Shown piece after piece: positions 8,376 to 20,300 of a stretch of 64,000 nt of DNA (within the stretch, counting starts at the first letter, position 1; the number at the start of each line of letters is the position of its first letter). The stretch comes from an uncultured Acidobacteriota bacterium (lineage in GTDB: Bacteria > Acidobacteriota > Thermoanaerobaculia > Multivoradales > UBA5704), in NCBI GenBank assembly GCA_963752235.1, contig CAVVXL010000001.1, forward strand, positions 1,856,590-1,920,589, read 5' to 3'. Below the pieces are notes generated by a model. The model did not search any database and was not told the origin of the DNA. It saw only the letters and a list, made by a program, of their open reading frames with translations. The position numbers were made by a program, and so were the translations under genes.

Positions 8376-8397
8376 AAAGAGTCTCCTGCGAAGAGGC

Positions 8398-11300
8398 TTA
8401 GCTCCCGCAGTGATACCCGAAATCAACATCAGTCCGACTGGCCGTGAGGCTGAACGTGGCCTGGTTGGCGGTCGAAAGGCCATCGAGGTCGAACGTCTCG
8501 GTCCAATGAGCCGGCAGGGTGCTGGTGACGATTTTCACCGTGTAGGTGCCGGCCGCCAGGTTGCCGAAGCTATAGCTGCCGCTGCTGTTGGTCGTGGTGG
8601 TGGCGATGACCGTGCCGCTGCTGTTGAGCAGTTGGACGGTCACTCCGCTGATGCCCGCCTCGCCGGAGTCGAGGTGGCCGTTGCTGTTGGTGTCGTTCCA
8701 GACCTTGTCGCCGATCGTGAGGCTGCCGCGGTAGCCGAAGTCGACGTCGGTGCGGCTCTGGCCGGCCGTGAGGGCGAAGGTGGCCTTGCCGGCCGTGGAG
8801 ACGCCGTCGAGGTCGTACGTCGCGGTCACACCGGCGGGCAGGGTGCTGGTGACGATCTTCACCGAGTAGGTGCCGGCCGTCAGGCCCCCAAAGCTGTAGT
8901 TGCCGTCGGTCGCGGTGACAGCCGAGGCGATGGCGAGACCGGTGCTGTCGAGGAGCTGGACGGTGACGCCGTTGATGCCGGTCTCACCGGAGTCCTGGAC
9001 GCCGTTGCCGTTGGTGTCGGTCCACACCCGGTTACCCACGGAGCCGAGGGTGCCGCAGTCGTCCAGGTCGATGTTGATGTCGCCCTGGCCGGTGGTCTGG
9101 AAGCTGGAGCCGGTGGTCGGCTGATGCGTCACCGTCCACAGGTACCAGCCGGAGCCGCCGAAGTTGAGGTTCTTGCCGTTGGCGCCGAAGCCGACCTGGA
9201 ACGCCGGTCCGGTGTTGTGAATGGTGACCACCGCACCCGCGTAGCTGCCGGTGCCGGTCAGCGTGCCGGTGTAGCTCGTGAAGTAATACCAGCTGGCCGT
9301 GTTGATCGGGCCGCCGTTCTCGCTGTAGGCCGTGGACTTCAGCTCCTTCTTCGGGCTACCGGAGCCGATGGCGGTGGTCAAGCCGCTGAAGGTGACGTCC
9401 ACCGTGAAGCTCCTGGTGGGGTCGGAGACGCTCCGCAGCGTGCCCGTCAGGTGGGCGGTGTAGTCGGAGTTGACCACGAAGCTGCCCGGGTTCGGCGTGA
9501 ACACCAGGTCGGTGACGATGCCGGGGAACCAGAAGGCCTGGCCGCCGGAGGAGGGACCGTAGGTGGCGTCGAGGGCGGCGGCGAGGGCGCAGCCGTTGAC
9601 CTTGTAGCCAAAGTCCACGTCGGTGCGGGTCTGGCCGCCGGTGAGGGTGAAAGCGGCGACGTTGGCGGTCGCGATGCCGTCGAGGTCGTAGCTCGGGCTG
9701 AGCGCGCCGCCCAGCGGCAGGGTGCTCGTCACCACGCGGACGGAGTAGCTGCCGGCCACGAGGTTGGAGAAGTTGTAGAGGCCGCCACCCGAGGTGGTGG
9801 TGGTGGCAACGACGGTGCCGCCCGAGTTGAGGAGCTGGACGGTGACGCCGTCGAGGCCGGACTCGCCGGAGTCGAGGACGCCGTTGCCGTTCAAGTCGAA
9901 CCAGACCAGGTCACCGACCGAAGCGCTGGTGCGGTAACCGAAGTCGACGTCGGTGCGGCTGGCCCCGGCGGCGAGGGTGACGGTGGCCGCGTTGGCCGTC
10001 GCCAGACCGTCGAGGTCGTAGGTCTGCGCCGCCCCGCCGGGGATGGTGGAGGCGACCACCTTCACCGTGTAGGTGCCGGCCACCAGGTTGCTGAACGTGT
10101 AGTTGCCGTCGCCGCTCGTGGTGGCGGTCGCGATGACAGTGCCGCCGCTGTTGACCAGCTGGACGGTGACGCCGTTGATCCCGGCCTCGCCGGAATCCTG
10201 GACGCCGTTGCCGTTGGTGTCGAGCCAGACCCGGTCACCGATCGAGCCGGCGTTCTTGTAGCCGAAGTCGACGTCGGTGCGGTCCTGGGCCGCGGCGAGG
10301 GTGAAGGTGGCCTTGTTGGCCGTGGCGACGCCGTCGAGGTCGAAGCTCGGCGTCACACCGGCGGGCAGGGCGGTGGTGATGACCTTCACCGAGTAGGTGC
10401 CGGCGGGAATCCCGTCGAAGGTGTAGCTGCCGTCCCCCGCGGTGATCGCGGAGGCGAAGGCGACGCCGTTGTTGTCGAGGATCTGCACGGTGACGCCGTT
10501 GATGCCGGCCTCGCCGGAATCCTGGACGCCGTTGCCGTTGGTGTCGAGCCAGACCCGGTCACCGACCGAGCCGAGGGTCGAGCAGTCGTCCAGGTCGATG
10601 TTGATGTCGCCCTGGCCGGTCGTCGTGAAGCTCGAGCCGGAGGTGGGCTGGTGCGTCACCGTCCAGAGGAACCAGCCGGAGCCGCCGAAGCGGACGTTCT
10701 TGCCGTTGGCGCCGATGCCGGTCTGGAAGGCCGGGCCGGTGCGGGCGATGGTGATCACCGCCCCCGCATAGCTGCCGGTGCCGGTCAGAGTGCCGGTGTA
10801 TGTCGTGTAGTACGACCAGGTGGCGGTGTTGACCGGGCCGCCGTTTTCGGAGTAGGCCGAGGCCTGCAGCTCCTTCTTCGGGCTGCCGCTCCCCACGGTG
10901 TTGGTCAGGCCGCTGAAGGCGACGTCCACCGTGAAGCTCTTGGTGGGGTCGGAGACGCTGCGCAGCGTGCCGGTCAGGTGGGCGGTGCCGTCACCGTTGG
11001 CGACGAAGCCTCCCGGGTTGGGCGTGAAGACGAGGTCAGTGACGATGCCCGGGAACCAGAAGGCCTGGCCACCCGAGGAGGGGCCGTAGACGGTATCGAG
11101 CGGGGCGCCGACGGCGCAGCCGTTCGTCTTGTAGCCGAAGTCGACGTCGGTCCGGTTCTGGCCAGCGGCCAGAGTGAAGCTGGCGAAGTTGGCCGTGGCG
11201 ATCCCGTCGAGATCGAAGCTCGGAACCACACCGGCCGGCAGGCTGCTGGTCACCACGCGGACGGAGTAGGAGCCGGCCGCGAGGTTGCCGAAGGTGTAGT

Positions 11301-14300
11301 TGCCGTCGCCGCTGGTGGTGGTCGTCGCGACCACGTTGTTGGCGGAGTCGAGGAGCTGGACGGTGACGCCGTTGATGCCGGTCTCACCCGCGTCCTGGAC
11401 GCCGTTGCCGTTGCTGTCCATCCAGACACGGTCGCCGACCGAGCCGGTGAGGCGGTAACCGAAGTCGACGTCGGTGCGGTTCTGACCCGCGGTCAGGGTG
11501 ACCGCCGCCTGGTTCGCCGTCGCGGTCCCGTCGAGGTCGTAGGTCGCCGCGACCCCAGCGGGGAGCGAGGCGGGGACGATCTTGACGGTGTAGCTGCCGG
11601 CCGCCAGGTTGCTGAACGTGTAGTTGCCGTCGCCGGCCGTCGTGGTGGTCGCGATGACGGTACCGCCGCTGTTCACCAACTGGACGGTGACGCCGTTGAT
11701 CCCGGCCTCGCCGGAATCCTGGACGCCGTTGCCATTGGTGTCCGTCCAGACGCGGTCGCCGATCGAGCCGGTGTTCTTGTAGCCGAAGTCGACGTCGGTG
11801 CGGCTGGCACCGGCGGCGAGGGTGAGGGTGGCCTGGTTGGCCGTCGCCACGCCGTCGAGGTCGAAGGTCTCCGCCGTGCCGGCCGGCAGACCCGAGACCT
11901 TGACCGTGTAGGTACCGGCCGCCAGGTTGCTGAACGTGTAGTTGCCGTCACCGGCCGTCGTGGTCGTCGCCACCACGTTGTTCGAGGCGTCGAGCAGCTG
12001 GACGGTGACGCCGTTGATGCCCGTCTCGCCGGAATCCTGGACGCCGTTGCCGTTGCTGTCGAGCCAGACCCGGTCGCCGACCGAGCCGGTGTTCTTGTAA
12101 CCGAAGTCGACGTCGGTCCGGTTCTGGCCCGCCGTCAGGGTGAAGGTCGCCTGGTTGGCCGTCGCCACGCCGTCGAGGTCGAAGGTCTCCGCCGTACCGG
12201 CCGGCAGACCCGAGACCTTGACCGTGTAGGTACCGGCCGCCAGGTTGCTGAACGTGTAGTTGCCGTCACCGGCCGTCGTGATCGTCGCCACCACGTTGTT
12301 CGAGGCGTCGACGAGCTGAACGGTGACGCCGTTGATGCCGGTCTCGCCGGAATCCTGCACGCCGTTGCCGTTGGCGTCGAGCCAGACCCGGTCGCCGACC
12401 GAGCCGGTGTTCTTGTAGCCGAAGTCGACGTCGGTCCGGTTCTGGCCCGCCGTCAGGGTGAAGGTCGCCTGGTTGGCCGTCGCCACGCCGTCGAGGTCGA
12501 AGGTCTCCGCCGTACCGGCCGGCAGACCCGAGACCTTGACCGTGTAGCTGCCGGCGGCCAGGTTGCTGAACGTGTAGTTGCCATCGCCGGCCGTCGTCGT
12601 GGTCGCCACCACGTTGTTCGAGCTGTCGAGCAGCTGGACGGTGACGCCGTTGATGCCGGTTTCGCCGGAATCCTGAGCGCCGTTGCCGTTGGCATCGAGC
12701 CAGACGCGGTCGCCGATCGAACCCGTGTTCTTGTAGCCGAAGTCGACGTCGGTCCGGTTCTGGCCCGCCGTCAAGGTGACCGCCGCCTGGTTCGCCGTCG
12801 CAATCCCGTCGAGGTCGAAGGTAGGCGCCGTACCGGCCGGCAGACCCGAGACCTTGACCGTGTAGCTACCGGCCGCCAGGTTGCTGAACGTGTAGTTGCC
12901 GTCGCCGGCCGTCGTGGTAGTCGCGATCACGGTGCCGCCGCTGTTCACCAGCTGGACGGTGACCCCGTTGATCCCGTTCTCGCCGGAATCCTGAGCGCCG
13001 TTGGCGTTGGTGTCGAGCCAGACACGGTCACCGATCGAGCCCGTGTTCTTGTAACCGAAGTCGACGTCGGTCCGGTTCTGACCCGCCGTCAGGGTGAAGG
13101 TCGCCTGGTTGGCCGTCGCGATCCCGTCGAGGTCGAAGGTCGGCGCCGTACCGGCCGGCAGACCCGAGACCTTGACGGTGTAGCTGCCAGCCGCCAGGTT
13201 GCTGAACGTGTAGTTGCCGTCGCCCGCCGTCGTCGTGGTCGCCACCACGTTGTTCGAGCTGTCGAGCAGTTGGACGGTGACGCCGTTGATGCCGGTCTCG
13301 CCGGAATCCTGAGCGCCGTTGCCGTTGGCATCGAGCCAGACGCGGTCGCCGATCGAACCCGTGTTCTTGTAGCCGAAGTCGACGTCGGTCCGGTTCTGGC
13401 CCGCCGTCAAGGTGACCGCCGCCTGGTTCCCCGTCGCGATCCCGTCGAGGTCGTAGGTCGCCGTCACGCCAGCCGGGAGCGAGGCGGCAACAATCTTGAC
13501 GGTGTAGCTGCCGGCCGCCAGGTTGCCGAACGTGTAGTTGCCGTCGCCAGCGGTCGTCGTCGTCGCGAGGACGGTGCCGCCGCTGTTCACCAGCTGGACG
13601 GTGACGCCGTTGATGCCGGTCTCGCCGACGTCCTGAGCGCCGTTGCCGTTGCTGTCGAGCCAGACCCGGTCGCCGACCGAGCCGGTGTTCTTGTAGCCAA
13701 AGTCGACGTCGGTCCGGTTGGCACCGGCGGCGAGGGTGAAGGTCGCTTGGTTGGCCGTCGCGATCCCGTCGAGGTCGTAGGTCGCCGCGGTCCCAGCGGG
13801 GAGCGAGGCGGCAACGATCTTGACGGTGTAGGTGCCGGCCGCCAGGTTATTGAATGTGTAGTTGCCGTCGCCACCAGTCGTGGTGGTCGCCACCACGTTG
13901 TTCGCGGCGTCGAGCAGCTGGACGGTGACGCCGTTGATGCCGGTCTCACCGGAATCCTGGATGCCGTTGCCGTTGGCGTCGAGCCAGACGCGGTCGCCGA
14001 CCGAGCCCGTGTTCTTGTAGCCGAAGTCGACGTCGGTGCGGCTGGCGCCGGCGGCGAGGGTGAAGGTCGCCTGGTTGGCCGTTGCGATCCCGTCGAGGTC
14101 GTAGGTCGCCGCGACTCCAGCCGGGAGCGAGGTCGCCACGATCTTGACCGTGTAGCTGCCGGCCGCCAGGTTGTTGAACGTGTAGTTGCCGTCACCCGCG
14201 GTCGTCGTGGTCGCTACCAAGTTGTTCGAGGCGTCGAGCAGTTGGACGGTGACGCCGTTGATGCCGGTCTCGCCGGCGTCCTGCACGCCGTTGCCGTTGC

Positions 14301-17300
14301 TGTCGAGCCAGACCCGGTCGCCGACCGAGCCGGTGTTCTTGTAGCCGAAGTCGACGTCGGTCCGGTTCTGACCGGCGGTGAGGGTGAAGGTCGCCTGGTT
14401 GGCCGTCGCGATCCCGTCGAGGTCGAAGGTCGCCGCGGTCCCAGCGGGGAGCGAAGCGGGGACGATCTTGACGGTGTAGCTGCCGGCCGCCAGGTTGCCG
14501 AACGTGTAGTTGCCGTCGCCGGCGGTCGTCGTCGTCGCGACCACGGTGCCGCCGCTGTTCACCAGTTGGACGGTGACGCCGTTGATGCCGGTCTCGCCGG
14601 CGTCCTGAGCGCCGTTGCCGTTGGCGTCGAGCCAGACCCGGTCGCCGACCGAGCCGGTGTTCTTGTAGCCGAAGTCGACGTCGGTCCGGTTGGCGCCGGC
14701 GGCGAGCGTGAAGGTCGCCTGGTTGGCCGTCGCGATCCCGTCGAGGTCGTAGGTCGCCGCGGTCCCAGCGGGGAGCGAGGCGGCAACGATCTTGACGGTG
14801 TAGGTGCCGGCCGCCAGGTTGTTGAATGTGTAGTTGCCGTCGCCACCGGTCGTGGTGGTCGCCACCACGTTGTTCGCGGCATCGAGCAGCTGGACGGTGA
14901 CGCCGTTGATGCCGGTCTCGCCGGAATCCTGGATGCCGTTGCCGTTGGCGTCGAGCCAGACGCGGTCGCCGACCGAGCCCGTGTTCTTGTAGCCGAAGTC
15001 GACGTCGGTGCGGCTGGCGCCGGCGGCGAGCGTGAAGGTCGCCTGGTTGGCCGTTGCGATCCCGTCGAGGTCGTAGGTCGCCGCAGTCCCAGCCGGGAGC
15101 GAGGCGGCAACGATCTTGACCGTGTAGCTGCCGGCGGCCAGGTTGCTGAACGTGTAGTTGCCGTCGCCCGCGGTCGTCGTGGTCGCCACCAGGTTGTTCG
15201 AGGCGTCGAGCAGCTGGACGGTGACGCCGTTGATGCCGGTCTCGCCGGAATCCTGGACACCGTTGCCATTCGCGTCGAGCCAGACCCGGTCGCCGACCGA
15301 GCCCGTGTTCTTGTAGCCGAAGTCGACGTCGGTGCGGCTGGCGCCGGCGGCGAGCGTGAAGCTGGCCGTGTTGGCGGTGGCGACGCCGTCGAGGTCGTAG
15401 GTCGGCGTCACCCCCGGCGGGAGCGAGGCGGCCACGATCTTGACGGTGTAGCTGCCGGCCACCAAGTTGTCGAACGTGTAGTTGCCGTCGCCGCTCGTGG
15501 TGGTGGTGGCCACCACGGTGTTCGCGGCATCGAGCAGTTGGACGGTGACGCCGTTGATGCCGGCCTCACCGGCGTCCTGGGTGCCGTTGCCGTTGCTGTC
15601 GAGCCAGACGCGGTCGCCGACCGAGCCCTTGTTCTTGTAGCCGAAGTCGACGTCGGTGCGGGTGGCGCCGGCGGCGAGGGTGAAGCTGGCGGCGTTCGCC
15701 GTGGCGATGCCGTCGAGGTCGTAGGTCGGGGTCATGCCGGCCGGCAGGGTGCTGGGCACCACGCGGACGGTGTAGTTGCCGGCGGTGGCCGGGAAGGCGT
15801 AGTTGCCGTCGCCGCTGGTGATCGTCGCCGCGACGACGTTGCCGCCGGCGTCGACGAGCTGGACGGTGACGCCGTTGATGCCGGCCTCGCCGGAATCCTG
15901 AACGCCGTTGCCGTTGGCATCGAGCCAGATGCGGTCACCGACCGAGCCGACCGTCGAGCAGCCGTCGAGGTCGACGTTGATGTCGCCCTGGCCGGTCGAC
16001 TGCAGGTTGGCGCCGGCGGTGGGCTGGCTGGTGACGTTCCACACGTACCAGCCGGAGCCGCCGAAGTTGCCGTTCTTGCCGTTGGCGCCGGCACCCACCT
16101 GGAAGGCCGGGCCGGTCTGGTCGATCCGGATCACCGCCCCCGCGTAGTTGCCGATCCCCGTCAGGGTGCCGGTGTACGAGGTGTAGTAGTACCAGGTCGC
16201 CGGATCGATCGAGCCGCCGTTGGCCACGTAGGCCGAGGCGAAGAGCTCTTCCTTCGGGCTGCCGGCCGGCGGCGTCGACTGATAGCCGCTGAACTGCACG
16301 TCGACCGTGAAGGCGTTGTTCGGATCCGACTTGCTGCGCACGGTCCCGGTCAGGTGAGCGGTGCCGTCGGTGTTCGAGGTGAAGCCACCGGCCGTCGGGA
16401 CGAAGACGAAGTCCGTGCCGATGCCGGGCAGGTAGAACGAGTGGCCGTTCGGACCGTTGTTGAGAGCCGGGTCCGAGATGGACGGCATGGCGCAGGAGCT
16501 GCCACCCGGAGGGGGCGTCCAGTAGCCGAAGTCGACGTCGGTGCGGTTGGCGCCGGCGGCAAGGGCGAAGGAAGCCGTGTTGGCCGTGCCGAGGCCGTCG
16601 AGGTCGTAGGTCTCGGCCAAGCCGGCCGGAAGCGTGGCGGTGACCACCCGGACGCTGTAGGAGCCGCCCGCGAGGTTGCCGAAGAGGTAGTTGCCGTCGC
16701 CGGCCGTGACTGTCGAGGCGATCACGTTCGAGCCGCTGTCGAGCAGCTGAACGGTCACCCCGTTGATGCCGGCCTCGCTGGAGTCCTGGACGCCGTTGCC
16801 GTTGCTGTCGAGCCAGACGCGGTCGCCGACCGAGCCGTTGGCGCGGTAGCCGAAGTCGACGTCGGTGCGGTTGGTGCCGGCGGCGAGAGTGAACGTGGCC
16901 TGGTTGGCCGAGGCGACGCCGTCGAGGTCGTAGGTCTCGGCGACTCCGGCCGGTAGCGAAGAGACGCGGACGGTGTAGGTGCCGGCCGCCAGGTTGTTGA
17001 ACGTGTAGTTGCCGTCACCCGCCGTGGTGGTGGTCGCCACGACGTTGTTCGAGCCATCGAGGAGCTGGACGGTGACGCCGTTGATGCCGGCCTCACCCGC
17101 GTCCTGGACGCCGTTGCCGTTGCCGTCGAACCAGACGCGGTCGCCGACCGAGCCGGTGTTCTTGTAGCCGAAGTCGACGTCGGTGCGGGTGGCACCGGCG
17201 GCGAGGGTGAAGGTCGCCTGGTTGGCGCTCGCGACGCCGTCGAGGTCGTAGGTCTCGGCGACCCCGGCCGGCAGCGAAGAGACGCGGACGGTGTAGGTGC

Positions 17301-20300
17301 CGGCCGCCAGGTTGTTGAACGTGTAGTTGCCGTCGCCCGCGGTCACCGTGGTGCCCACCACGTTGTTGGCGCCGTCGAGCAGTTGGACGGTGACGCCGTT
17401 GAGGCCGGCCTCGCCCGCATCCTGCGCGCCGTTGCCGTTGCCGTCGAGCCAGACGCGGTCGCCGACCGAGCCGGTGTTCCGGTAGCCGAAGTCGACGTCG
17501 GTGCGGGTGGCACCGGCGGCGAGGGTGAAGGTCGCCTGGTTGGCGCTCGCGATGCCGTCGAGGTCGTAGGTCTCCGCGACCCCGGCCGGCAGCGACGAGA
17601 CGCGCACCGTGTAGGTGCCCCCCGCCAGGTTGTTGAACGTGTAGTTGCCGTCGCCCGCGGTCACCGTAGTGCCGACCACGTTGTTGGCGCCGTCGAGCAG
17701 CTGGACGGTGACGCCGTTGATGCCGGCCTCGCCCGCATCCTGCGCGCCGTTGCCGTTGCCGTCGAGCCAGACGCGGTCGCCGACCGAGCCGGTATTCCGG
17801 TAGCCGAAGTCGACGTCGGTGCGGTTGGCGCCGGCGGCGAGGGTGAAGGTCGCCTGGTTGGCCGTCGCGATGCCGTCGAGGTCGTAGGTCTCCGCGACCC
17901 CGGCCGGCAGCGACGAGACGCGCACCGTGTAGGTGCCCCCCGCCAGGTTGTTGAACGTGTAGTTGCCGTCGCCGGACGTGGCCGTGGTAGCCACGACGTT
18001 GGCGCTGGCGTCGAGGAGCTGAACGGTGACGCCGTTGAGGCCGGCCTCACCCGCGTCCTGGACACCGTTGCCGTTGCTGTCGAGCCAGACGCGATCACCG
18101 ACCGAGCCGGTGGCCCGGTACCCGAAGTCGACATCGGTCCGATGGTCACCGGCGGCGATCGTCAGGGTGGCGGTATTGGCCGTGGCGATCCCGTCGAGGT
18201 CGTAGGTCGGCGCGACTCCCGGGGGGAGCGAGCCGGCGACGACGCGGACCGTGTAGGTGCCGCTGTTGAGGTTGTCGAAGGTGTAGTTGCCGTCACCGCT
18301 GGTGGTCGCGGTGGCGACGACGTTGCTCGCGCCGTCGAGGAGCTGGACGGTGACGCCGTTGATGCCGGCCTCACCCGCGTCCTGGACGCCGTTGCCGTTG
18401 CTGTCGGTCCACACGCGGTCGCCGATCGAGCCGGTGCCGCGATAGCCGAAGTCGACGTCGGTGCGGTGGGCACCGGTCGCCAGGCTGAACGAGGCGCTGT
18501 TGGCCGAGGCGACACCGTCGAGGTCGTAGGTCTCCGCAACTCCCGCGGGGAGCGTGGCGGCGTCGACCTGGACGGTGTAGTTGCCGGCGATCAGAGTGTC
18601 GAAGGTGTAGTTGCCGTCACCGCTGGTCGTGGTGGTCGCGACCAGGACGCCGTACGCGTCGAGCAGCTTGATGGTCACGCCGTTGATGCCGGTCTCGCCG
18701 GCGTCCTGGACGCCGTTGCCGTTGGTGTCGAGCCAGACCCGGTCACCGACCGAGGCCGTGGCCGGCGGGCAGTCGCCGAGGTCGATGTTGATGTCGCCCT
18801 GACCGGTCGGCAGCAGGTTGGCACCGACGGTGGGCTGGCTGGTGACGTTCCAGATGAACCAGCCCGAGGCGCCAAAATGAGTGTTCTTGCCGTTGGCGCC
18901 GGCTCCCACCTCGAAGGCCGGACCCGTCTGCGTCATGTCGATGATGGCGCCGGCGTAGTTGCCGATCCCCGTCAGGGTGCCGGTGAAACCGGTGTAGTAG
19001 AACCAGGTCGAGGGATCGACCGGACCGCCGTTCTCGACGTACGCGGGGGGGAGGAGCTCCTTCTTCGGGCTCCCCGCCGGCGGGCTCGCCGAGTAGCCGG
19101 TGAAGTGCACCACCACGGTGAACGCGTTGTTCGGGTTCGAGGCGCTGCGCAGAAGGCCCGTGAGCTGAGCGGTGCCGTCGGCGTTCGCCACGAAGCTGCC
19201 GGGGATCGGCGTGAAGATGAAGTCGGTGCCGATGCCGGGCAGATAGAAGGAATGGCCGGACGGGAACTGGTTGTAGGCCGGGTCGCCGGCCGCGCCGGTC
19301 GCGCAATCCGTGAAGACCGGCGGCGGCGTGCGGTAGCCGAAGTCGACGTCGGTGCGGTTGGCGCCGGGGGCGAGACTGACGGTGGCCTGGTTGGCCGTGG
19401 CGACGCCGTCGACGTCATAGGTCTCCGCGACTCCGGCCGGAAGCGTCGAGGTGACGATGCGGACCGTGTAGGTGCCGCCGGCGAGGCCGGTGAAGGTGTA
19501 GTTGCCGTCGCCCGCCGTGGTGGCCGTGGCGATGACGTTCGAGCCGGCGTCGAGGAGCTGCACGGTGACGCCGTTGATCCCGGCCTCGCCGGCATCCTGG
19601 ACGCCGTCGCCGTTGCCGTCGAGCCAGACCCGGTCACCGATCGAGCCGTTGAGGCGGTAGCCGAAGTCGACGTCGGTGCGGTTGGCGCCGGCGGCGAGAG
19701 TGAAGGTCGCCTGGTTGGCCGTCGCGACGCCGTCGAGGTCGTAGGTCTCCGCCACTCCAGGCGGAAGCGTGGCGGCGACGACACGGACGGTATAGGTGCC
19801 ACCGGCCAGGTTGTTGAACGTGTAGTTGCCGTCGCCCGCCGTGGTCGTCGTACCCACCACGTTGTTCGAAGCGTCGAGCAGCTGGACGGTGACGCCGTTG
19901 ATCCCGGCCTCACCCGCGTCCTGGACGCCGTTGCCGTTCGAATCGAGCCAGACGCGGTCGCCGACCGAGCCGTTGTAGCGATAGCCGAAGTCGACGTCGG
20001 TGCGGTTGGCGCCGGCGGCGAGAGTGAAGGTCGCCTGGTTGGCCGTCGCGACGCCGTCGAGGTCGTAGGTCTCGGTGACCCCCGCCGGCAGCGACGAGAC
20101 ACGCACCGTGTAGGTGCCCCCCGCCAGGTTGTTGAACGTGTAGTTGCCATCGCCCGACGTGGTCGTCGTGCCCACCACGTTGTTCGAAGCGTCGAGCAAC
20201 TGGACGGTGACGCCGTTGATCCCGGCCTCACCGGCGTCCTGGACGCCGTTGCCGTTGCTGTCGAGCCAGACCCGGTCGCCGACCGAGCCGGTGTAGCGGT

